A DNA stretch of 64,000 bases. It comes from Blastocatellia bacterium (GTDB taxonomy: Bacteria > Acidobacteriota > Blastocatellia > RBC074). The DNA lies in NCBI GenBank assembly GCA_043783625.1, contig JAYVZE010000190.1, positions 31,551 to 95,550 on the forward strand, written 5' to 3'. Positions 18,111-27,472 of this stretch are shown piece by piece (positions within the stretch are counted from its first letter, which is position 1; each line of letters begins with the position of its first letter). Both the position numbers and the translations under genes were made by a program. The notes beneath the pieces were generated by a model, which ran no database searches, was not told the origin of the DNA, and saw only the letters and a program-made list of their open reading frames with translations.

Positions 18111-20792
18111 TTATTTTTGAATCACGTATTCCTTGGAAGTCGCTACCAGAAAAATTGCCGCTCGCAATTTCTCACCTGGATTGCCCTCCCAAACTCCATT
18201 CACGCCACGAACAACTGAGGCTTTCATATCGCCTGTCATCGCTCCGCCCATCATCACCAGATTAAGCTGATCCACCATCTTGCCGGGATCATTAATCCAT
18301 CCCATGTAGCGGGAATAATTGATCGTCACGGGATAACCTGTCCACGTCATCATGCCGCCATAAATCGTATCGCGGGTAAAATTGGTATTCCCGATGATAC
18401 TGGTTTCATTGGCTAATTTGAATTCAGGTGAAAGTGCTCCGGCAGTGGCGATAGCACCTGGCAGGGAATAATCCGGCTCAAAAAAATTGAAGACACTCGA
18501 CGACTTCAGCGGGCTTTGTCCGGTTCCCCATTCCTGCGAATCAATGTATTGCAAACGATAGCGACCGCCGATTGAACGCGCATCAAACGCCCGCAACAGA
18601 TGCGCATATCGCAGTACGGGTTCGCGCAATTTTCCATTTATCACTGAAGCGGCAACGCCAGGATCAGCTTCGACCTGTGCCTCAACACCCGGCGTCCGCT
18701 CAGGCTGCGCCGTAGAGCGATTTGATTGACGATTAGAATTCCCACGACTGGTGCGAACGCGGTCAAGACCATAACCGGCACGCGAATCCATCCGGGCTTC
18801 AGGATCAAGGAGAATGGCTCGCGTCACAGCTTTCATGTCACCACGAACGCCGGACCCGTTGTCGTTAAAAACAGTCGCTACGCGGGCAATATACTGCGGT
18901 GAAGGATTGCTGGTAACGAGACGTTGAATTAATTGTTTGCCAATAAAAACGCCAACGTTGGGATGATTGAAAATATTATCAAGCGCATCTTTCAAATCTT
19001 TCTCAGGTGTCTGACCGCTCGCAGCAAGCGCACCGTTCAGTAACAATTTATCACCGGTTGAATGCCTCGTCGTCCACGATTGCATCGGTTGTGCGAAGTC
19101 AAACTGCTTCGGAGGAAATGACCAATTCGCATCTGTCCGCGTTGAGTTTCCGCCCCAGTTCCAACCCGTAAAAACTCGCGCGAAGCCTTTGACTTCTTCG
19201 TTATCGTAAGTAGGAATCGCTTTGCCGCCAGCATCTAATTTTAACGACCCGTCGATATTTAGCTGGTAAAGTCCGATTGAAAATAATTGCAAAATTTCAC
19301 GCGCATAATTTTCATTGGGAGTTCGATTCAGCGCGACATCCTCTTTCTCATTGGCGAGCATATCAAGATATTTGCCCATTGCCGGATGCAACGTCACGTC
19401 TTCCAGCAATTGACGATAATTCCCGAACGCATTCCGCCCCAGCATATCGTAGTAATTTGCTAAACCGAACGGCTTGTCATCAAGGCTGCCACCCAGTTGC
19501 GAAATCACAAAAATCTGCGATAACGAAAACGCCATGCGCTGACGTAACTGATCGCGTCCCGTGACGGCGTACGTCCAAAATGCTTCGTTGAATTGTTCGC
19601 CATAAATGCGCCGTCCTTCGTCACGAAGCCTGCTCATATATTGCTCGTGTGAAGATTGTGGTAAGTTGAATTGCTCCGTCAGCCAGGCGTCATATCCTTT
19701 CGATCTGAGATAGGAAATTTCGCTGAGTGTCGGGCCGTAAGTCGCCTGCATCAGGAAGCGCGAAGCATCCTGATTTTCAGGCGTCAAGGCTAGTTGCGGT
19801 TCAGTTGGTGCCGTATATCCCGCAGTCGCAGGAAATAAATATTGTGCCGGGATCGCCTGATCCGCCTGACCGGGGAAGCTCCAATGCAACTTGGCGGTCG
19901 CCTCGTAGTTACCTTCAAAATATTCGACGCGAATGGAATATCGCTGACCTGCAATCACCGGGAAAGGATCGCTATTATTGGTTGTCAGAGCATGATATGA
20001 CCAATTTGAAATCACTGGTTTGTCATTCACAAACAACTGAAAGCCATCATCGCTCAGCGAAGTAAACGTAATGTTTCCGGTAATGGGAGCCAGAAGTTCG
20101 CCGGTCCAGCGGATCGAAAACCAATCCGTCCAAATTCCCGGAGCCGGACTCCCCAACCCGTAATCATTTTCAATTTGCGCTTCATTGCGCGTCAGAATTG
20201 GCGTTCCATACAAATCAACATCCTGAAAATATTCCGCCCGCAACCCTGTCCCGTTACCAGAAATTTTGGTAGGAATATTGACCACCAGCCCGGAAAATAA
20301 ATTGGCTTGAGGAATCACGGAACGAGTTGTTCCGGGATATGCCCAATACATCTGCATTTGTCCGTATCCATAGCCTTCATAGTACTCAATTTTAATATCA
20401 TACTTTTGTCCGGCAACAAGGTTGATGCCAATCCCGTCATCGTAAACTCCGGCGTGACCTGTCCAGTTGTCTATCAATTTTACGCCATTAACCCAAACCC
20501 GAATTCCATCATCGCTGTAGGAAGAAAAAGTATAGGTTCCCGTCACCGGAGCCTGGACTTTGCCCGTCCAGCGAATTGAAAAATTATCAATATCAATCCC
20601 CGTCAACGGCGAAGCAAAAGCAAAATCGAAGTCAATATTTTTATCGTAGCGAATCAGCGGCGTCCCGCTCAGACTAATGTTTGTATAATATTCACCCTTC
20701 AATCCGTCTCCGCCTTGAGCCAGAATTGAGACACTGAAAAATGATAAAAAAATGATTGCTATAAAGAGATGATTCTTTGTCATGAATTTCAT
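18111..20792 (-). CDS. PA14-PA14-DUF1800 fusion protein
   Basis: Signal peptide, then two PA14-like modules (GLKGEYY..FSIRWTGKV..YSDDGIRVWVNG and GLRAEYF..FSIRWTGEL..LSDDGFQLFVND). A DUF1800-type C-terminal ~550 aa follows. The gene ends 4 nt from the DUF1501 gene. Confidence 0.85.
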   Translation of the reverse strand: MKFMTKNHLFIAIIFLSFFSVSILAQGGDGLKGEYYTNISLSGTPLIRYDKNIDFDFAFASPLTGIDIDNFSIRWTGKVQAPVTGTYTFSSYSDDGIRVWVNGVKLIDNWTGHAGVYDDGIGINLVAGQKYDIKIEYYEGYGYGQMQMYWAYPGTTRSVIPQANLFSGLVVNIPTKISGNGTGLRAEYFQDVDLYGTPILTRNEAQIENDYGLGSPAPGIWTDWFSIRWTGELLAPITGNITFTSLSDDGFQLFVNDKPVISNWSYHALTTNNSDPFPVIAGQRYSIRVEYFEGNYEATAKLHWSFPGQADQAIPAQYLFPATAGYTAPTEPQLALTPENQDASRFLMQATYGPTLSEISYLRSKGYDAWLTEQFNLPQSSHEQYMSRLRDEGRRIYGEQFNEAFWTYAVTGRDQLRQRMAFSLSQIFVISQLGGSLDDKPFGLANYYDMLGRNAFGNYRQLLEDVTLHPAMGKYLDMLANEKEDVALNRTPNENYAREILQLFSIGLYQLNIDGSLKLDAGGKAIPTYDNEEVKGFARVFTGWNWGGNSTRTDANWSFPPKQFDFAQPMQSWTTRHSTGDKLLLNGALAASGQTPEKDLKDALDNIFNHPNVGVFIGKQLIQRLVTSNPSPQYIARVATVFNDNGSGVRGDMKAVTRAILLDPEARMDSRAGYGLDRVRTSRGNSNRQSNRSTAQPERTPGVEAQVEADPGVAASVINGKLREPVLRYAHLLRAFDARSIGGRYRLQYIDSQEWGTGQSPLKSSSVFNFFEPDYSLPGAIATAGALSPEFKLANETSIIGNTNFTRDTIYGGMMTWTGYPVTINYSRYMGWINDPGKMVDQLNLVMMGGAMTGDMKASVVRGVNGVWEGNPGEKLRAAIFLVATSKEYVIQK

Positions 20793-20849
20793 AATTTGTT
20801 CGCAGGATAGCAGTAGGGTGTGATGATTATAAAGAGCTGCCTAAATAAT

Positions 20850-21890
20850 TCAAGCTCGAAATCCTGACTCTTTGATGGCTAAAATGTGACGGTCAGCATC
20901 CATTTCCGCCATCACTCCCATCGGCAAAGTCAATTGATCGTCAGTGTGACCGAAAGTCAATCCATAAAAAACCGGAATAGTCAATTTGCCTAAAATCGCA
21001 TCCAGCACTTCACCCAATGAAAAATTTGATCCAATTGAAGGCTTATAATCACTCGGCTTGCAATCTACGCATTCGCCAACCACGATTCCGACCGCATCTT
21101 TAAATTTCCCCGCGAGATGAAGTTGCATCAGCATCCGATCCATTCGATACGGCTCTTCACCAATATCTTCAATCAGCAGGATTTTCCCACGACAATCAAT
21201 CTCGTATGGAGTTCCCATCAACGTCGAAATCAAGGTCAGGTTTCCGCCAATAATCGGAGCCGTCACCTTGCCCGAAACAATGGTTCGCGTCGGATGCGAC
21301 GGACGAATCAGATTTGTCTCCGGTGGATTCGATAATTCGCCGAGCGGCTGCGCGTCGAACATCGCACGCTTGAAATGATTTTGCGTATAAGGCGTGAATT
21401 CCGACAAACTGTTTGGCCCGTGAAACGTCACCAAACCCGCATGTTTATTGAATGCCAGATGCAACGCCGTAATATCGCTATAACCCAAAAACACTTTCGG
21501 GTTTTTACGGATCAAATCATAATCAATTTTGTCGAGCAGATGCTGCGCACCATATCCACCGCGCATGGCGAAGACCGCATCCACTTCAGAATCACGAAAT
21601 GCCGCGTGTAAATCCTCAACGCGCCCTTCGACCGGAGAACCAAAATAGCCCGTTCGCTTCGCCACATTTTTCCCAACTTTAACTTTGAAGCCAAAATATT
21701 TCAGCGCACGATACGCGTTCGCCAGCGTATCAGGATTCGTCACCGGAGTCGCAGGTGTGATTAATCCAATCGTCGCCCCTGACGAAAGCACTTTCGGTTT
21801 CATTAATCCCGGCGATTTCGGTTGAGCTTTCAAACTTGAAGCAGCAGCAAGTCCGGCTCCAATCGTGATAACAAAGTCTCGGCGTTTCAT
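20850..21890 (-). CDS. LD-carboxypeptidase (peptidase S66), Tat-exported
   Basis: Leader MKRRDFVITIGAGLAAASSL. S66 motifs: RGGYGA, GYSDITALH, EDIGEEPYRMDRM. Confidence 0.85.
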   Translation of the reverse strand: MKRRDFVITIGAGLAAASSLKAQPKSPGLMKPKVLSSGATIGLITPATPVTNPDTLANAYRALKYFGFKVKVGKNVAKRTGYFGSPVEGRVEDLHAAFRDSEVDAVFAMRGGYGAQHLLDKIDYDLIRKNPKVFLGYSDITALHLAFNKHAGLVTFHGPNSLSEFTPYTQNHFKRAMFDAQPLGELSNPPETNLIRPSHPTRTIVSGKVTAPIIGGNLTLISTLMGTPYEIDCRGKILLIEDIGEEPYRMDRMLMQLHLAGKFKDAVGIVVGECVDCKPSDYKPSIGSNFSLGEVLDAILGKLTIPVFYGLTFGHTDDQLTLPMGVMAEMDADRHILAIKESGFRA

Positions 21891-21928
21891 TTCGGATTCC
21901 CTCTTATGTTAGTCTTGGCGTTTACGAT

Positions 21929-22381
21929 ATGAGCAACAAAATTAACGCATCTGACGCCACAATAAAAGTACCTGCGAGCGTTCCCGGCATCGAAGTCAAG
22001 CCTTCCAACATTGACGGGCTGGGATGTTTTGCTACGAAAGCCTTCAAACGCGGAAATAAAATTGCTGAATACGAAGGCGAAAAAATCTCCCGCCGCGAAA
22101 TCAAACGCCGCCTCACCGGAGCTACGCGAATCCACATCTGCGCGATTAATCAGTACTGGGCGATTGACGGGAATGTCGGCGGCAACGGCACGCAGTACGT
22201 CAATCACAGTTGCGCTCCGAACGGCGATATAAAAATCAAAGATGAGCGAATTTTCTTTTATGCCATTCGTGATATTCAGGCGGGAGATGAGCTGACGTTA
22301 GATTATGAGTTGTCCTATCACGATGACGCGTATGGCTGTCAGTGCGGAGCGAAAACTTGTCGCGGGAAGATTAATAAATAA
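21929..22381 (+). CDS. minimal SET-domain protein (putative lysine methyltransferase) with a post-SET Cys motif
   Basis: Motifs GLGCFATKAF, NHSCAPNG and ELTLDY, plus the C-terminal CQCGAKTCRG. Confidence 0.85.
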   Translation: MSNKINASDATIKVPASVPGIEVKPSNIDGLGCFATKAFKRGNKIAEYEGEKISRREIKRRLTGATRIHICAINQYWAIDGNVGGNGTQYVNHSCAPNGDIKIKDERIFFYAIRDIQAGDELTLDYELSYHDDAYGCQCGAKTCRGKINK

Positions 22382-22384
22382 CTT

Positions 22385-22999
22385 CTAAACAACGAATTTA
22401 CTCAGAGCTTCAACTAACTCAAAAACAGTAGTAGAAGGATTGTCACGTTCAGGATTGCAAGGAGAATAACTCGCATAAAGCCGCTTGGCATTACGAATTG
22501 CATCAACTTGTCGGCTTAATAATTCGTCATAAATGATTTCACTATTTTTCTCGTATTTATGACCTAATTCCTTCGACAACATCTTCCAATATTCTTTGCG
22601 CTTAATCACTGAATCGTAAAACTGAAAATGCAACAGATACCACAATTCAAAGACTTCATTTGAATACGCGATCTTGATTCCTTCGTGCCTAGCTTTTTCA
22701 AAAGCGGCATTGAAAATTCCTGCTGGAAAAGAATCGCGGTCAAAGACACACCAAACCTGATCGTAATTTTCGCCAGCTTTCAACTCAATCGCCTTCTCAA
22801 CCAGGCTCAGCGTGTTATAGCCAAAGCCCTGAATATCAACCTCAAAAATTGTTCGATTAACGCGAAAACTTTTGAAATAATTCGGCTCCGTCTTCGCGCC
22901 TTCGCAGACAATTAGAAACCTTTCGCGGATATTTCTTGTATCAACTTTTCGCTGATGACGATTGCTTGATCGTTCCCACGGAGCGCGTTTCTTACCCAT
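22385..22999 (-). CDS. RloB-family protein (Toprim-like, AbiLii-like)
   Basis: Motifs FLIVCEGAKTEPNYF, VWCVFDRD and AYSNEVFELWYLLHF. Its start overlaps the ATPase stop by 8 nt (ATGGGTAA). Confidence 0.85.
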   Translation of the reverse strand: MGKKRAPWERSSNRHQRKVDTRNIRERFLIVCEGAKTEPNYFKSFRVNRTIFEVDIQGFGYNTLSLVEKAIELKAGENYDQVWCVFDRDSFPAGIFNAAFEKARHEGIKIAYSNEVFELWYLLHFQFYDSVIKRKEYWKMLSKELGHKYEKNSEIIYDELLSRQVDAIRNAKRLYASYSPCNPERDNPSTTVFELVEALSKFVV

Positions 23000-24224
23000 T
23001 ACTTTTCCCCATCAACTTGCTGAAGTCGCCAATAAATGGAATCGCACCGTACCTGCCTTGAATATAATCTTTCTCAAAAGAAGCGTCATTTCGCACCTTG
23101 AATTCCGCCAGAGAATACAACGATGTAGCTCCCTGTTTATTCTTCTCAGCAAACCAAATTTGATCGCGACGAAAAATCGTATTACTTAGCAAATTCGTAT
23201 CGTGAGTAGTAAAAATTAACTGTGCATTGTTTGGATTGGTTTCATTAGAATTAAAGAGCCGGATAATCGCACACGTAATAAGTGGATGCAGTCTGGCGTC
23301 AAGTTCATCTACCACTAGAGTTCTTCCCGACTTGAGAATGGTCAACAAAGTCCCAGCCAACGAAAAAAGTTTTTTTGTCCCCTCAGACTCGTGCTTATCG
23401 AGGTCAAACATTTCAGTAGAAGTTGCGTGACCGTTTGAGTCGTATTTCTTGTGCAATGTTCGGAAAAAAATTTGACTAATCCCCTGAGTCTTTTTCACTT
23501 TTTCAATCTCAATGTCATCAATCCCGAGGTCGAGCTTTTTTATCAACCCAACTATCTCTAGTTTGTTTTCGTCTTCTTGCAATCCACTAAATGTAATTTT
23601 TCGTATTCCTATTTCGTGAAGACCAGAAACGATACCCATCCGGCTGATAAACCTCAAAATAATCAGTGCAACACTACTATTGAATTGGGCAAGTACTGAA
23701 AGGAACAATGCATTATCTCGTGTCTTTTCTACAATCCCCTTTCCGTCCCTAAATCCTTGAGAAAGGATTATACGACCTGAATCACGAGTGAATAGTTTCG
23801 TTTCCTTACTTGTCGCCGAGTAGAAAAGCCATTCGGAAATGACCCGCTGAGAATTTACTTCAAATCCGTAGCGATATTTTCTTCCTTCTAACAATAATAC
23901 AAGCTCAAAAAAAGAAGGCTTTACTTCTGATTCTGTATCTAATCTGAAAGGCTCAACATCAATCAATTCTTCCGCCTGCATTTCTTTCGCTGAACTCAGA
24001 ATAAAGCTCTTCACAAACGAGAAAGCAGAAATGAAATTACTTTTCCCACTTGCGTTCGCACCATAAATTGCTGCACTTTTTAATAAATTCAATTCGCCTT
24101 CTGCATTGAAAATATTTTGTTCATCCAATTTCGAATCTTTCGCCTTGAGCTTAGCCGCCACCATACTGAAGGTGACAGTTTCCTTAAATGAACGATAATT
24201 CCCGACGCTAAATTCAATTAACAT
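22992..24224 (-). CDS. AAA_21/ABC-type ATPase (RloA/AbiLi/AriA-like)
   Basis: Walker A GANASGKSN, signature-like ESEGTKKLF, Walker B LVVDELDARLHP, H-loop FTTHD, and a C-terminal YIQGRYGAIPFI tail. Confidence 0.85.
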   Translation of the reverse strand: MLIEFSVGNYRSFKETVTFSMVAAKLKAKDSKLDEQNIFNAEGELNLLKSAAIYGANASGKSNFISAFSFVKSFILSSAKEMQAEELIDVEPFRLDTESEVKPSFFELVLLLEGRKYRYGFEVNSQRVISEWLFYSATSKETKLFTRDSGRIILSQGFRDGKGIVEKTRDNALFLSVLAQFNSSVALIILRFISRMGIVSGLHEIGIRKITFSGLQEDENKLEIVGLIKKLDLGIDDIEIEKVKKTQGISQIFFRTLHKKYDSNGHATSTEMFDLDKHESEGTKKLFSLAGTLLTILKSGRTLVVDELDARLHPLITCAIIRLFNSNETNPNNAQLIFTTHDTNLLSNTIFRRDQIWFAEKNKQGATSLYSLAEFKVRNDASFEKDYIQGRYGAIPFIGDFSKLMGKSNG

Positions 24225-24621
24225 GATAGAGGCTTCCTAGTAATCAAAATTCGATTTTTGTGAAATTTTCTCGGATTAGCTCACTTTAGCCTTCAATTTT
24301 ATCCCTGTCAATTAGTTCAATAGGGCAAACGCATCACTTTTCCGAAACAATAATAGCGAGGTAACCCGCTTGGTTTATTGGGCTTAAAAATGCAGGCTTG
24401 TAAAATATTATATTTTTACCCCGGTAACTATCTGCAAAATTGCACGAAATCAAGCCATTTTTATCCCTCTAAGCTGTCGGGTATAAAGTTAAATAGTTGC
24501 TTCTAAAGAAAAAAAGTGATGTGTTCACCCAAGCCCGCATGGGGTAAGGGCGAGTCTTAGCTCGGATTCTATTTGCTCAGCACGACGCACTCACGGTATC
24601 CTAACCAGAGAGGTAAAGACT

Positions 24622-24906
24622 ATGCACATGACGACCATTGAAGTTGACCAGAATACCGCTGCGATCCTTAGCAAACTGAAAGAGAAAGCAAAAACAATGG
24701 GGTTGACTCTGGACGCGCTTTTGAAACCTCTCACCGAAGGAGAAAACGGCAATCCTTTACCATACAATGAAGCAATGCAGGCAGTGCTGCAAAGAAGTGC
24801 TGAGAGGATGAAAAACATACCCGTCAGTGGCTCTACCAACGAAACTCTCAAGATGATTAGAACCGCACGAGGCGGGGAAATGTGGGGATATGAGTCAACC
24901 GAATAA
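24622..24906 (+). CDS. antitoxin-like small protein upstream of a PIN toxin
   Basis: 94-aa ORF overlapping the PIN gene by 17 nt. GAGAGG lies a few nt upstream. Assigned by gene context only. Confidence 0.55.
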   Translation: MHMTTIEVDQNTAAILSKLKEKAKTMGLTLDALLKPLTEGENGNPLPYNEAMQAVLQRSAERMKNIPVSGSTNETLKMIRTARGGEMWGYESTE

Positions 24907-25360
24907 TCCTGCCGGGGCAGTTGTCATTGATGCCAATATTTTAATTGCCATTTGTTCCAAAGAGCCAACCGAAGCTACCGCCAGAGCCGAACTCACCAAC
25001 TACACGAATAAAAACTGGGCGGTCTATGCTCCAAGTGTAATTTCCTCTGAAGTACTGTTTGTGCTTTGCAAGAAAGTTCAGAACGGCATTATTGATACCA
25101 ATACTTACCAAAAAGCTGTCGAAGATTTGGTAGATTTCATGACTGTAATCTTGCCTCCACCGAACGGGGATGCCGCTTTACTGATACGTGCAGAAGAAAT
25201 TCGAAGTGGCTATAGCTGCCTACATACTACGGATAGTTTTTATCTTGCCTTAACTGAAGAACTGGCGCGTAGTGGAGCCGCCGAATTCGTAACTTTCGAT
25301 CAAGGGACTGTCAACGTAGCGGCCAGGAATGCATCCACTGTCAAGGTTAATCTCCTCTAA
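24890..25360 (+). CDS. vapC: PIN-domain toxin (VapC-like)
   Basis: AVVIDANILIA near the N-terminus, SSEVL, and HTTDSFYLAL. The length is typical for a PIN protein. Confidence 0.8.
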   Translation: MSQPNNPAGAVVIDANILIAICSKEPTEATARAELTNYTNKNWAVYAPSVISSEVLFVLCKKVQNGIIDTNTYQKAVEDLVDFMTVILPPPNGDAALLIRAEEIRSGYSCLHTTDSFYLALTEELARSGAAEFVTFDQGTVNVAARNASTVKVNLL

Positions 25361-25394
25361 ATTTCGATTAATAATTTGTATTGAATAATTCTCC

Positions 25395-27215
25395 ATGTCC
25401 CAAACACACCACGAAGAAGAACAACTCGGCAAAGTTTACAGCGCAGGCGCAACGAAACGATTAATTAAATATCTGACGCCGTATCGCGGATTCGTCTTCC
25501 TTGCGCTCGGCTTAACCATCGTTGCAAATCTCGTTCGCCAGGTCGGGCCGTGGCTGACGCAGATTGCGATTGATAAATACATTCAGCCTGCGTTCGCAAA
25601 CAAAATCCCGACGGAGACAGCTTTCGCGGGCATCCGGCTGATGGGCTTGTATTTCATCGGGACGATGATTGCTACGTTCGGGCTTTCGATCTTGCAGGAC
25701 ATTTTGCTGAACTTCATCGGACAAAATGTGATGCGCGATTTGCGCTCGCAAATCTTTCAGAAATTTCAGACGATTCAGGTTAGTTACTACGATACAAATC
25801 CGGTCGGCAGGTTGATTACGCGCCTCACCAACGACGTAGATTCGTTGAATGAATTATTCACCGCTGGATTAATTGAAGTCCTCGGCGACATCGTTTTAAT
25901 CTTCGGTGCATTATGGATGATGTTTTATTTTAACTGGCGATTAGCCTTGATTTCATTGACCGTCGTGCCGCTGTTGATTCTTGTGACAGCGTGGTTTCAG
26001 AAGGGCGCACGGGTTGGATTTCGTGCGGTACGTTCCAAAATTGCGCGGCTCAATGCCTTCACCCAGGAGCATCTTTCAGGAGCGCAAACCGTCCAACTTT
26101 TCAACCGTGAAGAGAAAGCGATGCAGCAATTCGATGAAATTAATCGCGCGCATTTGCAGGCAAATTTAGATACAATTTTTTACTTCGCGGTGTTTTATCC
26201 GCTCGTCAGTTTAATCTCATCCGCAGGCATTGCGATGCTGATTTGGTACGGCGGCGGGCAGGTCATTCAACACGCCATCACCCTGGGAACGCTGGTCGCG
26301 TTTGTGCAATACACACAAAAATTATGGATGCCGATTCAGGACATTAGCGACAAATATAATATTCTTCAATCAGCCGTGATCGCCTCCGAAAGAGTTTTCA
26401 AATTGCTCGATACACCAGACGGAATCACTTCGCCTGAAAAAACTTCGACACCAATTTCGACCAATGTTCATCAGGGTAAAATCGAATTCCGCCATGTCTG
26501 GTTCGCCTACAAAGATGAAGATTGGATTTTGAAAGATGTTTCCTTCGTCGCCGAATCCGGTGAGTCATTAGCCTTCGTCGGAGCCACCGGATCAGGCAAG
26601 ACTACGATCACCAATTTGCTGATGCGTTTTTACGATATTCAGCGCGGAGAAATTTTTCTGGATGGCGTCAACATTCGTGATTGGGATTTGAAAAAGCTCC
26701 GCGAAAACTTCGCCGTCGTCCTACAGGATGTCTTCCTTTTTTCCGGCGACGTAGCCAGTAACATCCGCCTCGGCAAGCAGGAAATCAACGAGACCCGCGT
26801 CACCTGGGCAGCGCATGAAGTGCAAGCTTCCGGCTTCATCGAACGCTTGCCTGAGCAGTACGCGACCACCGTGAAAGAGCGCGGCGCAGGCTTCAGCGTG
26901 GGGCAAAAACAATTAATTTCTTTTGCGCGAGCGTTAGCATTTGATCCAAGAATTTTGATTTTAGACGAAGCGACTTCCAGCATTGACACCGAAACAGAGC
27001 AATTAATTCAGCAGGCGATTGAGCGCGTAATGAGCAACCGGACTTCGATTATTATTGCGCATCGGCTCTCGACGATTCAGCGCGTCAATCAAATCATCGT
27101 GCTGCATAAAGGCGAAATCCGCGAAAAAGGTTCACATCAGGAATTACTGCAACAACGTGGCGTCTATTTCAAATTGTATCAATTGCAATATAAAGAGCAG
27201 TCGTTCTCGGCATAA
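25395..27215 (+). CDS. ABC exporter, fused permease/ATPase (MsbA/multidrug type)
   Basis: Six-helix TMD, then Walker [10 protein letters not shown], signature FSVGQKQL, Walker [10 protein letters not shown], and H-loop IAHRLST. Confidence 0.9.
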   Translation: MSQTHHEEEQLGKVYSAGATKRLIKYLTPYRGFVFLALGLTIVANLVRQVGPWLTQIAIDKYIQPAFANKIPTETAFAGIRLMGLYFIGTMIATFGLSILQDILLNFIGQNVMRDLRSQIFQKFQTIQVSYYDTNPVGRLITRLTNDVDSLNELFTAGLIEVLGDIVLIFGALWMMFYFNWRLALISLTVVPLLILVTAWFQKGARVGFRAVRSKIARLNAFTQEHLSGAQTVQLFNREEKAMQQFDEINRAHLQANLDTIFYFAVFYPLVSLISSAGIAMLIWYGGGQVIQHAITLGTLVAFVQYTQKLWMPIQDISDKYNILQSAVIASERVFKLLDTPDGITSPEKTSTPISTNVHQGKIEFRHVWFAYKDEDWILKDVSFVAESGESLAFVGATGSGKTTITNLLMRFYDIQRGEIFLDGVNIRDWDLKKLRENFAVVLQDVFLFSGDVASNIRLGKQEINETRVTWAAHEVQASGFIERLPEQYATTVKERGAGFSVGQKQLISFARALAFDPRILILDEATSSIDTETEQLIQQAIERVMSNRTSIIIAHRLSTIQRVNQIIVLHKGEIREKGSHQELLQQRGVYFKLYQLQYKEQSFSA

Positions 27216-27227
27216 TTTATTCGATGT

Positions 27228-27268
27228 TACAGGCTTCAGCCTGCCAAATCGTCAGGTTGAAGCCTGTA
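27228..27268 (+). terminator. 16-bp stem hairpin after the ABC exporter (member of the TTCA-centred hairpin group)
   Basis: TACAGGCTTCAGCCTG (27228-27243) pairs with CAGGTTGAAGCCTGTA (27253-27268) with one mismatch. Confidence 0.5.
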
Positions 27269-27472
27269 CTCAGAGTTTTAATGTTTTAGGAAATCATATT
27301 TTATTCAATTATTTGGATAAAATTCCGCCTTCTTGAAATTTTTCCGCCGCAAATATCAATTACAACGTAACTAAGTTCATTTTTCTCAATACTTGTGAGT
27401 TTTTCGACATTAGTGGTGCGAAATTTGCATCGTGAGTATCCTCATTTCAGCGAAATTATCTTTGGAGGATCT

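Noticed and set aside
21929-22999. The SET-domain gene as a third component co-transcribed with the ATPase-RloB module.
   Set aside because: The SET gene is on the opposite strand and converges on RloB, with stops 3 nt apart, so the two cannot share a transcript. Any functional link would have to be shown by co-occurrence and is only noted as a possibility.
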